From assembly GCA_004022145.1 (NCBI GenBank), contig RCNU01000002.1: a stretch of DNA of 64,000 bases; one strand, written 5' to 3'. Positions 37,919 to 50,729 of the stretch are shown one piece after another. A program made the position numbers and the translations under genes. The stretch comes from Paecilomyces variotii. Taxonomy: Eukaryota. The notes under the pieces are model-generated. The model saw only the letters and a list, made by a program, of their open reading frames with translations, made no database searches and was not told where the DNA came from. The stretch's first letter is position 1, and each line of letters begins with the position of its first letter.

Positions 37919-39452
37919 TCATAGTGCATAAGGTTCCAATAGTTTCGTGAACAGTGCCGTACTGTTACTGCTGAAGAGTCTTGACATATCAGGCTCCCCG
38001 TCTGTATCGCTGCTGAACGACTTGCGGGACGATAGCTCACTACCCCCGTTTCCAGTGAGACCCGACAGGAGATTGGTCCCATTGCCGTGGAGAATGTTAT
38101 GGATTGTGTCGGCCAAGAAGCCCACAATAGAGACTTTGGCCGTGAGAGTGAGTTTCTTGATGGCATTGTCGTAGTAGGGAATCACTTCGCCGTTCATACT
38201 CTCGCCTGTGCATTGGATGGTCAAGTTGAGATACCCTTGTCGAATTGCATCCGCTTGGGTAGAGAGAACTTGCCCGAGGTTGGCGATAACTGTGTGGACA
38301 TCTAAAATGCCGCGAACTGGTGACGGGGGTTGGTTTCCGGGTTTGAGCACAAGGTTCTCTATTGATGCATTTCCAATAACCAGGCTTCCGCTCAGAATAT
38401 TAAAAGTCACACGGCCCTATAAAGGCGTAAGCAGTATGTTCAGGCATAGATTCCGCACGCAAAAGACTTACAATTTCTATTGTCAAGATCGACTGGTTGG
38501 GCAATGTCGCGTTTGCGACGAGATTTGTGCCGTCCGTCTTATTCGGCAAGAGAAGCGTAGTATCCGCAATGCTGAACCCAGGAAAGTTACCAAGCACTGG
38601 TTATTATACGTTAGCTATCTATTTGTGAATTCTCTGGAGAGCTAGTTCTTACTAGGCGTTTCGAGGTCGCGGTTCAACCACACTGGGCACTTGAGTTTTC
38701 CCAGATACGCGGTTGTCTTGCCTCTGACCGACACCAAACCCTTTTCAAGGAATAGGACATTCTCGACGAATTGCTGCCACCCTGGCTGATACAGAATAGG
38801 CGTATGCTGATCTGTGACGCCAAGTGTTGTGTTGCCGTGAACCTTCGCTGCCGGTATATTGACCTGGGCGAAGCTTTCATCACTCAGTTTGCGGATAAAG
38901 AGGTCGAGTGTCAACGGTTCTGTCCTGACGGTGAATCCTTTCAGATTCAGAGCAGATATTACTGTCAGTAGGACAGAGTCCGGCTTGGGGTCCAAAACCT
39001 CGCCGGAAACGAGCACCAGCTTGGAGGAGTTCAGCACATCCTGAGCTACAGCAGGAATGATAAGGAGGAACCTATCATGTAATATTAGTACCGGAAGAAA
39101 AAAAGTCGTCACGAAGTGAACAGAGTACTGACAGTATAGGTAAAGCGATTGCGCCTAGGATAGTTAGGAACAAGAGGTAGCAGAAGCAAAATCGTCGCAT
39201 ATGACGTTTGAATCCACCCTTCTTCTTTTTCTCCTCCTTACTCGCTTCGCTATCTGCAGACTCGAGATGCTCGATATTGATCTCACTTACTGCCACAGTG
39301 TTAGCATGAATACTAGGCTTTTTCCTGGCAGTCCAACCTGAATCTCCAACACCCAAGGGGCCCCGGTTTGCACCGATCGCATTTTTGGCGCCCTTGTCCT
39401 TCAGGTACGACGGCTTCTCGTCGACCTTCTTGATATCCTTTTCTATACCCAT
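37919..39452 (-). CDS. DUF3712-family single-pass membrane protein
   Basis: Basic KKKGGFKRHMRRFCFCYLLFLTILGAIALPIL TM segment; luminal beta-rich part with GTNLVANATLPNQSILTIEI|GRVTFNI, IGNASIENLVLKPGN, NGEVIPYY; four exons. Confidence 0.8.
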
Positions 39453-40375
39453 GATTGGCAAAACTCCAGCATGCTATGCAGTCAGCGGGGCTCTGACAGG
39501 AGGACGTCAATCGTACTGATAGACGAGCAGAACACGATATAGAAGGGGAGTCTGACTGGGAGAGAAGAACGAAGCCCGCGTTCCTGAACCAGGTCTCCTG
39601 CGAACGCGGTTTCAGGAAACGCTTGCAGTCTTAAGAGCTCTCTCAGAGCCTCAGATAGCAAGAAGGCTGATTCCCGGTCCTGGAAAGTCAATTGCTGGTG
39701 TGTAATCTATTCCCACTGGGATACGAGGCTGATAGATGACGGTTCCATGGATCAGTGCGTCTTATGCCACCCCTGGTCATCCAAATAACATCAGTTTTGT
39801 ATGCTCGATCTTGTTGCTAGCTTTCACAAGCGCGGAAATCGGCTATCGAGTGATGAACCGCAGGACAGTGCTCACTGAAGCTTGATCGACCTCGGATGTC
39901 CCGACGATACCCCTCCTTGAGGTTTCTGGGTCCTGAATAGGTGTGGCTAAAAAGAAGGTATTCCACGTTAACATGGATCATCCACGCGGGGATGCTAGGG
40001 CCCCTAGCACGGTATACTGTAGTTTTGCGGAGAACGTGGGGGAGAGAAGAGATCGCCAACCCTGGCGTGCATTAGTCGTCGCGATGCGCCCAGATAGAGG
40101 AAGTGAAATTCACACTTTCCTCCAGCGTCGGATGTGTTATTGGCTGGTCAGACAGAAATTGACCTCAGATTCCAGTCCGGCCGCGAAGTAAAGGTCCGCT
40201 ACCGAGGTCATCCATCCGGGGCTATCTCTTGCTTGTCTTATGACATGTGGATCAACTTGATGTTCCTGTTATATCCAACTCTGCTCTCTCGAAACAGTAA
40301 TAGGGGCTGATTGCGGCAGAGAAGGTTTTATTTTTCACTTATTTGACACCAAACCACATCCAAAAGAAGGCAGCA

Positions 40376-41275
40376 ATGACATCCAAAGACAAAGAGATCG
40401 AGACAACAACAACAACAGCCAACATCAAAGAGAAAGAAGATGGCGATTCCCGCGGCAGTTCTCCTGAGAGCGATACCACTGCCAGGCCTGATCTACTAAA
40501 TGCGCTCAACCATCTGAGAGAAATCCCAGATGTATTGCAAGAAGGCATTCTTTTCGCCGGTAGCGGGCCCGCCATCCTTCTACAGGCGTCTGTTCCTAAC
40601 ATCTTGAAGGAGCCGCAAGGGGGCGACCGTCTTGCGATCCAATTACTGGAGAGCGTCCAGACGATAATAAGCTACATATGCTGTCTAGCGCTGGGGACGA
40701 AAAAGGAGAAGAAGGCGTTGCTAAACCTGTTGGATCATGAAGAATACCCTCTGAAAGAAAACGACCATTATTCACAAAACCCAGCTGTCCGCCTCTGGGT
40801 AGTTGCTACACTCTACGCAACCGCGACCGATATCTATCAGAGAGTTTACGGGAAGATGGACTATCGCACTGCGAAACGAGCGTATACAGAATATTCTCTC
40901 ATCGTCTCCGCCCTCAAGGTTCCCGACGACGTGTGGCCACAAAATCGAGAAGAGTTCTGGCAATACTGGGATACGATGATCGAAGATATCGATAGTTCAG
41001 CGCTCCCCAAAAATCTCGATAAGGAGCTACTGCACAATTTCAAAAAGGTGCCCGGTTGGGTCCGACCTTTCAAGCCTATTCTACATGCCTTTACGAAAGA
41101 GATGCTTCCACCACATATCCGAGAAGGCTACGGTCTCAAGTCGACAGCGAGTTGCAGAGCTATTTACCGGTTTGGACTGTGGGCTACGATCGCCATCTAT
41201 CCAGCTTTTCCCAAGAAACTTCGTTCTTATCCCCAGCGATACTATCAACGGAAACTGGAAGAGAAACTCAATTGA
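40376..41275 (+). CDS. DUF2236 / MpaB-rubber oxygenase-like fold protein, divergent
   Basis: EGILFAGSGPAILLQ, RLWVVATLYATA, WPQNREEFWQYWD, MLPPHIREGYGL motifs; intronless. Confidence 0.8.
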   Translation: MTSKDKEIETTTTTANIKEKEDGDSRGSSPESDTTARPDLLNALNHLREIPDVLQEGILFAGSGPAILLQASVPNILKEPQGGDRLAIQLLESVQTIISYICCLALGTKKEKKALLNLLDHEEYPLKENDHYSQNPAVRLWVVATLYATATDIYQRVYGKMDYRTAKRAYTEYSLIVSALKVPDDVWPQNREEFWQYWDTMIEDIDSSALPKNLDKELLHNFKKVPGWVRPFKPILHAFTKEMLPPHIREGYGLKSTASCRAIYRFGLWATIAIYPAFPKKLRSYPQRYYQRKLEEKLN

Positions 41276-43503
41276 AGAAGGCCACTCGCTCCACGCTGCG
41301 AAAACGATCTCTTTTGTGCACTCGTTATATTGCATCACATTGGTCCCTTTCTTTTGTTATGTTTGTTTATACCATACCTCAGGAGTTACCACGTAGTGTT
41401 GGTGTTGTTAATTTTCATAGGGCACATCTTAAGACGAGTCAGTCCAGTTTCTTGGCTGGAAGAAAACAAAATTCAAGCGACTAGGGAACGATACTACACA
41501 GCTATTTTCTCTGGTGCTATGATGAAATACACGCAAATTCTCGAGTCTCGATTGAGTGACTCGCGCGCATAATCCTCCTCCCAAGCTGGTGATTCTCGTC
41601 CCGACCTTGCACATTCGTCGACCGCATCCGACGCTATTGTCTAGATACTAGCCTAACAGAACTCTATCTCTCAGTAAGCCACTTAGGCTGTCCGTGATAT
41701 AGAAGCAGCCTTGCTCGATGAAACTAGTTTTGTTATTTTTGTTAATTTGCCCGTTCTCCGCCGGTGATCCGTGCTCTTGGGCCCGCGCAACCCCGCATCT
41801 CAACCCCGGTTTTTCGGTTGTATATCCCAACTCTGCAACCCGACCGATAAGTATGTCGAACGACCAGCTCGACCCAACACCTACCTCGAGGCACCGTGAC
41901 GATATCAGTACTCGCAAACTGGAGTCTGCGATTACCAACCGAAATGGTCATTATTAATTCAAAAACCATGTTGGGTTAAGTTATGTGGACACCACTTTGT
42001 AAGAGTATCATGAGCTTTAGAGTATGGTAGTTTTTTTGTTTCTTGTCTTCTTTTTTCTTGAGCTCTAATCCATATCTGGCTCTCTTGTCAGTTCCTTGAT
42101 ATCGCTACTATCCCGACCGGCACTTTGCTTACAGGTACGTGGCGCAGAAAGTTTCATTGAACGCCCTGTTATTCACCCGCTGCTTATGCACTAGGGTATA
42201 CCTTGCGAGGGGCAAAGACGGGATATCCCGAGGTACTGCAGGTCATGAACTTTTCTATTTTCTCATTCGTCCATGTTTCTATCATCTCTGGTCTATGCGC
42301 TGAAGTGGCGCAGGAACAGATTGTGCCGTCCCTTGGGTGTCTAAGCTTTGTAGTATGGTACTTCTTCACGCTGGGTCGAATGGGGACTAGACATCCAAAA
42401 TCCTGCTAACAAGACATGTAGCACTACTACTCTTCGATATAGTCTAACGATGTAGCCAATCGAAAATACGGTTGAGTGGGAATGGCTTAATCGTGTTGCT
42501 GCCACCGACATCACCCAGCGTGCATATCACGCGCTAGACTCTATGTTCCTCGGTCTGAATGCATGATGCAGAGGGGTTATACAGGGGTATGCTGGTAAAT
42601 TCTGGGTCGAGACATGATAGAGAGCAATTGAGCGCCTCGGATGTATGTATGTATAGTTCTTCCTGTTGCTCTGGGCTGCGGAGATTTATTCGTTCGTTCT
42701 CAGGAGCTCCTTCAGCTGGTAAAGTGAAGATGAGGACGTCGGCGGTTCTTTCGTTTTTTCTTCTGCGGGGATCGTCAATTCTTGCGATTCCTCAGGCAGG
42801 ATCGTCGTTTGTTGCGGTCCCTGCTCAACAACCTTGGAAGCAAGGTAGTCGTCCGACACCACCAATGGCCCTCTGGCGGAGCAGCAAGTCCGGCTGCTGA
42901 TCCTCAGACGATCCCGGCTATAAATGCACCAAATGAAGTCTAAGGGAGCTCAAGACGCGTCAACTGGATCAGCGGCATCACCGGCACAAGCAAATAGTGC
43001 TACTGCTGCCAGTGCTCTGGGGAATAACGCGAATGCATATACACCTCAAGCCAATAATGGCGCCCAGAACGGTGCGGCGACCTCAGCAGCTGCTTCGCCA
43101 TCATCATCGGAAGAGAGTAACTCGTGTAGAAGCTCGCAAGCCCCCAGAATTCCCAAAGAAACCGATGAAGTGGGGGAAAATTCCTTCTGATAGAGTCGTG
43201 AAGCGAATTGTATGATGCAAGTCTTGGCTTCTCCCGACTTTACAGTCCATGATCAGAAGTTATTTCCCGAAATAGCTAGAAGTACAGGCAATATATTTCA
43301 TGGTTCCTTTTTACCTGGTCTATGATAATCTACAGAATTGATAAAAAGCTCCGATTTCCCCGTGCGGGTAGTTCTGCAATAATGGAAAAAGAGATAGCTA
43401 ATAATGCACTTTGTTGCTATCTATTCTAGATTCGATTCATAAGATCCATTCATCGTCACAAGTAGATATAAATTGCTACTATTGCGCAGCATAATTGGAA
43501 CAT

Positions 43504-45304
43504 CTAGTCAGAGTCGAGGGAACGCAGGCTGATGGCCGACGATTCGTGGTTATTATCTGCGTCTGCCTTATCAAAAAGGGCCTGCACCCAGGTTGAGCAG
43601 ATATCGAAGAATTTGGGCGCCTCGGAGTAGACTGCAGCAAACTGCAAGAAACCGTGTGACACTCCGGGGACTATGCTCACTTCAAGATGGTCTTTCTCGT
43701 TGAATTCTGCATCTCTCTCACTGAACTCCCGTGATTTGGCCTCCCTGAGTCTGCCGGCAAATACCACAGTATCATCCACAAGGGGATCCTTGTCTCCGGT
43801 GATAATGTATGTCTTCGGGAACCGCGCGAGCAGCGACTCTGGTGCCAGAATGGGGGAGAGAATAAAATCGGTGCTGAAGTCCTCATTGCCGTTAGGACCA
43901 ATGTAAAGCATAGCCATACGGCGCGCCATGTCCGGTACGAGAACCCGATCGTTACAGTATGCCGCCATGGTCGAAATGAGCATGTGGGTGGTGTTGTCTT
44001 GATCTGACTGGCTCTTGGTATCCTTGGAATTAATTCCCGGAACCACGGGAGTCTTTGAAGATGCAATCTTTTCGTAGAACTTCTTCTTCAGTTGGGCAAC
44101 ATTTTCGTCTGTCTTCAGGTTGCTCCTGTCCTGTATCAATGCCATCTGATCGCTGCCCACCCAGGTACCAGCATTGCCGCTCAGAGCAGGATATACCAAG
44201 AGAAGTCCGTCCGGCGTTGGAAGTTCCTCTCCGCCATTGTCGCCAGACTGCAGGACCATTAGTGTGAGGGCTGAGGCCAGGTTTCCACCAGCACTGTCTC
44301 CCGTAACGACGATCTGGGGTCGGATGTCTCCGCTGAGTCCTATGCATTGTCCGCAGGTAGTCGCGAGCTGGTGATAGACATCGTAACACTCGTTGATGGC
44401 GTAGGGATAGGGATATTCGGGAGCCTTCCTGTAGTCAAGACTGATGACCGGAACACCCAGTTTTCCTGCCCAAGACAGAAGTTTATCGTCCACCGTCCTA
44501 GGATCCATCGCGACGAAGCCACCTCCTGGGATGTCCAATACCACTTTCTTCTGGTCGCGCAATTCCTCAAGGGATCCGTCAAAATACAGCCAGGCCGTAA
44601 CGGGCTCCTTATAGGTAGATCCCTCCGGACGAGGGATTTTGATAGGGCGCGGTCCATATTTTGCATACTTAGGTTTTGTAAGGCGTCCAAGAGCAGAGAG
44701 GATTGGCGTCGTGCCCTTGTTCCAGGAGACGCGCACATGGTCGACAGTCAGGACAGAGTGTATTCTGCGGACCTTAGCGTCTGCCTGGTCCACAGCAAAC
44801 AGATAATAAGCCGAAAACACTAATGACGCGATATGTCGGAGGAACGCTGGTTTGATATTCATAGCGGTCCAGAAACCCGCATCCAACGCGGTAAGGATCC
44901 AGGTGGCCCGGAAAAAGGACGGGCTGTACATGTTGGCCAAATGCTCTGGGCCGCTAAGACCGAAAATCCTGCTGAAGTTGTTTGAGATATAGAGGGAGAT
45001 AATGGTCAGAAACATTGTCTGCCAGGGCGTCACAGCACCCGCGAGCTGTGCGGAGTACTTTCGAACTCCGGGAGGGCCATGTTTGCTGCCCCTACAATGA
45101 AGAAGACGGTGAGCAGATGAGTAGCCGACAAGTCAAGTGCGAAATCCATACTTGACGAGATAGGCCAAAGAGAGCGAAATGATTGTCAAAATCTGAAGTC
45201 TGCGAAGCTTGGCAGAGGGCCTACCCAAAAGATGGTCTGTAGAATCATTAGTTATTAGATAGTTATCACTTGTCAATTGGGTCCGAAGAAGACCTACCGA
45301 TCAT
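43504..45304 (-). CDS. Hormone-sensitive-lipase-like alpha/beta hydrolase
   Basis: 7-nt first exon (ATGATCG), MIDHLLGRPS start; IPGGGFV oxyanion motif, DYRKAPEYPYP, nucleophile GDSAGGNL, DPLVDD, HGF. Confidence 0.92.
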
Positions 45305-47300
45305 TTTTAATGGTTTCTGACAGCCAATTCCTGCAAGAAGTCACAAATAGATAGTATCAATGCCCTTTTCAATGGAAACACTTCGGGCCAACCAAGGGCC
45401 TTGGAAGGGATATGGATATATGGTCGGCACCTTCAACGGTCCTCCATGCAGCTGCAAGATGAAAGAATAGCAAGAGGCCAGCAGTCCAGAGTTATTTAGC
45501 TACAGTACACAGAGGTACCGTACTTATGTCCATACCTAGGTAAGGATTCATTGTTCTGGATAGCCGAAAAGAAACCAGGCACGCGCATGTGATCCATGGG
45601 AGAACGCTAGTCCTAATCTGGTCTTTGCGGGGAAAGCTCGTTTCCTCGGTCGCACAAGCAAGAAATAATAATACAGTACAGATCATTTAATAATAATGAG
45701 TACATATGATATCTATTCATTATCGACATTTCTTATTCCTCCAGGTGTTTCAATCATACTTTTGCGTAAAGTGTTGTTGCACCTATCCTCAAAACATCTG
45801 TGATACGCTCGGACCAGTAGAAGTAGAGACCAATTTCTATTACCTGGAGCCCTGGTCTAGTTCAGGTCATACTGAGGAGAGTTTCTGAATATTGACAGTT
45901 CTTATATGGCCCAGATACCGTCGATAATAATAATATAGTTAGACTATTCCTTACCAGACATAATGTCTTAATGCACCGCTACTCCTGCAGTAGTGACAAC
46001 CACAACTAGATAGGAGAGCGACGTTCCATGGATCCTCCGTCGCTTCTCCTCTAAGCCCGGTCTCTAGCGGGAGCGCTAGGCTATTTTTGAGCCTTGCCAT
46101 GCCCCAAATACGGAGTAGCTAAACAATCTGGCCCCTCAATTCAAGCACGGCAACTCCGGCACTAAGTATCAAGACTCCAAGAGAAACTTAAAAGGCGACA
46201 ATAATCAAGACCACGATTGCTAGCGTGATGTGACGGAATTTTTCACTTTCGCTAAGGAGACCTTGATCAGGTATTATTACTAAACCACTGAATAGTAACT
46301 AAATCTACTCCGTACTCGACTCCGGCGAGAATACGCAGACATCCGAAAAGATGTGACAACCATGAAAGAAGGTATTGTTGAGGATAGCTGATTGTCAATC
46401 GACAGAAGGTTCCTTCTCGCCAACGGATTCAGAACTGATTAAGTACCATACAGTTCTGACATCGGAGTTCGCGGAAGGGGTAATTAATGCCAAGGTACGT
46501 CGTATTTAATGGATAATATTAATATAGACTTGAGCTCAAGAATAATGACTCAAAAATGAATGATTAGCCACTTGATCTCGGAGAACGGGCCGAATCGACC
46601 AGCCTTAAGCTATCTACTCCTGGTTAGTATCGGGCGCTAGGTAAATGAGGAGATTTCATTAGCACGAGGCTCTCCGGCTTGAATGAGTCCGCGATACTTA
46701 CCTGACTTCCGTTATCCTTGCTGTTTTGCTGCCAAATTTGTATTTCTCTTTGTTCTCTCCTAGAAACTATATTTAGGCAACCAGAGAAACGCCAACAATC
46801 AGCATCGCTCCCCGGAACATGCACTTCCTTGCGACGTGAACGAACCAGGACCTCTTTACTAACTTAGGTACTCTCTGGGAATTCAGAACGCCACCGCCGT
46901 TAGGGGATATCCGACTTTGTTCTAAGCGAGCTCCAGACTACTCTAGCTCTTTCACTTAAACACCTATCAAGAAGACTCTTTCCACCGGCTCCATGGCTCA
47001 GGCGAAGGCCTCTTACTGCATTAGGGCTTATCATGCTGCCAAGCTGTATCGCCAAGATGCATCCTGTCGGCACTCGAGTCAAAAATGGATTGCGGCTCAA
47101 CCGCAGCCTGAACCATCTACAACGCTACTGCGCATTAGAAAACTCTCTACAGTACCATGAGATTAGGCAGCCCTCTTTCTGGACTAATTTGGGGCGGAGG
47201 CAAAAGCCATATTGTTAAATAGGTCCTTGATAGCCACTCTTGGGTTTCGCGCGTAGTCACTCTTCTCGATCGTAACTAGGTATCTAGTACCAGAAATATC

Positions 47301-48906
47301 ATGAGGTCTACGCTCGTGCTGTCAGCCGGTCTCCTGGCATATTCGGCCAAGGCCGTTGTCCTGAATGAACGGGCTGTACCAGCTGTGGTCAGCTTCGATG
47401 TCGAGCGGAGCATCATTGAAGACCCAGTGCGACGAGAACAGATGCGCAAGAAGAGAGACAATACTGTCGGTATTGACATCGTGAATCCTGTGCGTATCTC
47501 CGCCTGTGTTCTTTTCTTCTTCTCCTTCCTGGCTAACACACTACACAGCAAGATCTTAGCATCTACTGGATCAACGGCACATTCGGAACCCCTGAACAGT
47601 CAATTACTCTCGCCCTTGACACTGGCAGCAGTGACACCTGGGTGAATGTCGCCACTTCAGGCTTCTGTTCACAAGACTCTGAGCCATGTAAGCCGTTTGG
47701 CACTTATGACCACAGCAAATCGTCTACATACAAATTTCTTGACCATAATCTCGACAATACCTATGGCGACGGCACCAGAGCGAAAGGAGACTACGTTACC
47801 GATACTATGAAGTTTGGAGGAGCCACTCTGAAAGACTTCCAGTTTGGCGTTGCATACCAGTCAGGAGCTAACAGTACGTGCTGGTTGTATTAACTGAATG
47901 GTAATTTCGATGACTAACTTCCCGGGCAGAAGGAATTTTGGGCATTGGCTACTCTGCCCTCGCTGGTGGCGGCCGCGATATGTACAATAACTTCCCCGTT
48001 GCCTTGGTGGATGCAGGCTATATCAAGTCGCCCGCTTTCAGCTTGTACCTCAACCAGCTCCACGCTTCCAAGGGACAGGTGCTATTCGGCGGTGTCGATA
48101 CATCCAAGTATATCGGCGAGCTTCAGTCGGTGCCCATGATCTCAACCTACGGTCAGCATTACAGTTTGCAGATCGCTCTTACGAGTCTGTCACTCCAAAA
48201 GGGTGACAAGAAGGCATCCAGCTACAGTTCCTCTGAGTTTCCTTTGGTGACAACCCTGGACTGCGGCAGTACTTTCATTATCCTTCCCGATTCCCTGGCG
48301 AAAGATATCTACGATGACTTGGACGTCAAGTACAACTCTACCGCAAACTGGGGTCTTCTGCCATGCAGCATGAAGAACAAGGATTGGAACTTGACTTACT
48401 CCTTTTCTGGCATCGAGATCAATGTCCCCATCAGTGAGCTCGTCCTGGACCCAGTTGCCTACGACGGTGACGTGGTTCAGTGCCTCTTCGGAATCACATC
48501 TGGAGGTGATGATACAGTGCTCATGGGTGACCCGTTCTTGCGCAACGCCTACGCTGTTTTCGATCTCGCCAACAACGAGATCTCACTTGCCCAGGCCAAC
48601 TTTAACCCAGGAAAAGAGCACATCCTTGAGATTGGTACCGGCAAGGACGCTGTTCCAGGAGCGACCCAGGTCGAATCCGCAGTGACTAGCGTCATCAACT
48701 CTGCAGCTGCTGCTGCCACCACCGTTATTGGGCCGGTGGAAACTGAAGGTCCAGTCTCTACCATAACCTCCGGCGCGACTACGGGATCTACCTCTTCTTC
48801 TGCCGCGACATCGACATCGAAGGGCTTGGCTGCTCTGCCAACCAGCGATTCCAGACACCTCCTCGCAGGAATTGCCGGTGCTGTTGGCCTCGCGATGGCG
48901 CTGTGA
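47301..48906 (+). CDS. Secreted, probably GPI-anchored aspartic protease (yapsin/OpsB-like)
   Basis: Signal peptide, KKR propeptide site, LDTGSSDTWVN, YGDG flap, LDCGST second Asp, MGDPFLRNAYAVFDL, Ser/Thr-rich stalk and hydrophobic C-terminus; three exons. Confidence 0.92.
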
Positions 48907-49184
48907 TGATACCCATGTTATGATTCAGATTCGCCTTGCTTTTTTTAGTAAAGAGCATACATATAGCTAATAGACGAGAAATATAATTTCCCATTGTATA
49001 TACTATTCTTTCGAGGCTTCATCCTCTATTTAGAACTTCAGGGTCAGTGACCACCATCATCAAAGCATTTTGTGGAAGGTTTAGTTCTCAGTAACTACAT
49101 CCTCGTTCTTATGGTTATTTTTTTTGTTTTTTTCAGTTAATTGGATCATCAATCAATAAGTACAGGCGAACATACAACAAGCCA

Positions 49185-49256
49185 GTCCCGGTGGTCCAGG
49201 GGTAGGGCATGAGACTGCAGTTCTTAAAGTCGCGTGTTCGAGTCACGCTCGGGACT
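49185..49256 (+). tRNA. tRNA-Cys(GCA), intronless
   Basis: Cloverleaf: acceptor GTCCCGG/TCGGGAC, U73 discriminator, D-arm GTCC-AGGGGTA-GGGC, anticodon arm TGAGA-CTGCAGT-TCTTA (GCA at 49217-49219), T-arm GCGTG-TTCGAGT-CACGC; T6 at 49285-49290. Confidence 0.85.
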
Positions 49257-49260
49257 GGAT

Positions 49261-49290
49261 ATTCCTGATTATTCAGGAATTCCCTTTTTT
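49261..49290 (+). terminator. Hairpin plus oligo(T) Pol III terminator behind tRNA-Cys
   Basis: ATTCCTGA-TTAT-TCAGGAAT perfect 8-bp stem followed by tcccTTTTTT. Confidence 0.6.
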
Positions 49291-49570
49291 GTCTTTTACA
49301 TCCCCATCTTTCTTTTTCTTGACTCTTAATAATTCTTACCGTGTATATTTAATTTATTCTTTTTTTTTTTTCTTACCCTTCCAAGATTTCTGTGCGCCAT
49401 TACGGAAGCTATTTGGCGCTTCTGTAGTGTCGTGGTTTTAATGGGGTGAACATCCTTCCGGAGCGCGAACTCTTTTGCAGGAAATATATATTTAACCCTA
49501 TTGAAACTCGTGCATTGACTATCGTATAATTCCAGGATGATGTCTGGTATTTTGCCCGACCCCCTGCGAT

Positions 49571-50729
49571 TTACTGCTTGCCAAGTAACCATCTCAACTG
49601 CTCCAGCGTAGCCTCTCTCCATTTTGCAGCCTCTTTCAACTGCGGGTATAGATTGAAAGCATGGGGGAAGCCAGTGTAGACAGTGACTTTCGTCTCCACG
49701 CCAATCCCATTCAACTTCTCTGCGAACAACAACCCTTCATCGCGCAGCGGATCCATCCCCGCAATATGGAACGTCGTTGGGGGCCATAACCCCTTATCGA
49801 ACTCTTCGTCGGGAATAATAAGGAAGGAAAGTCTCTCGTCGGCTTTCGTCTCCTCGGACGCGTTGGGTAAGTACATGTTTACGAAATCGTTCAGTCGAGA
49901 CATTGGAAGGAGCGGAGCGTCGGCATTCTGGACAAGGGAGGAGGATTGTCGGTTCGCTAGGAGATGATAAGGGAACAGGTCGGGATGGACAGTCGGAGGA
50001 GCAGTGAGGACCAGCCCCTTCACTCGTGAGACTGGTCTCGGGGCGCTGGATCCCTGATCTTGTTGCAGTTTCTGGATGCGTCTCATCTCCCTGACCGCGA
50101 TGCCGATCGAGAGGTTCGCTCCCGCGGATGTGCCGCCAAGGTAGACTCTGTTCGTGTCTAGACCGTACTTAGCTGCCACTTCGGAGCCTTCAGATGCGAA
50201 GAGCTCGAAAGCTGCCCATGACTCTTCTGGTTGTGTGGGGAAAGCGTATTCGGGTGTAGGGTGGTAGAGGGGGTGCAGGATGGCGATACCGACGCCTGTC
50301 GGGTCCGTCTTGGTGAAGGTCGAGCAGAGATGAGCGCAGTAGGGCGCCTCGGTCTCCAATGTTCCTAGATGCCAGCCCCCGGAGTGATAACGGATATAGA
50401 GAGGCAGAGGGGCTTTGCCAATGTTCTTAGGACGGCAGAGACGGGCTGGAATCGACGAGCCGCCGGGAGTTGGGATCGTGAACTCGTCGATTTGGACATC
50501 ATCTGTTTATGTAGCGTTAGCCAGGACTATTCAGTATTCAAGCAGATAGTTCCCTGTTCCAAAACACACCTGCTACCCCGTAGAATTCTTTATGTGCCTT
50601 TGCTCTCGAAGCATTAAAAGCATCTCGTGCTTCAAACACCGTGGCTGTTGGAGGCACAGCAGGAGGGAGTGTCTTTTGAAACTCAACCCATTCTGCTGCT
50701 GGAGTAGCGTACTGTGAATAATCGGCCAT
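49571..50729 (-). CDS. Alpha/beta hydrolase fold-3 esterase/lipase
   Basis: Two exons; YHSGGWHLG, TPEYAFP, GGTSAGANL nucleophile, GMDPLRDEG, GFPHAF. Confidence 0.9.

Noticed and set aside
39578..39622. Imperfect inverted repeat upstream of the DUF3712 gene
   Set aside because: Short, needs two bulges, no target-site duplication; insufficient for a MITE or RNA element
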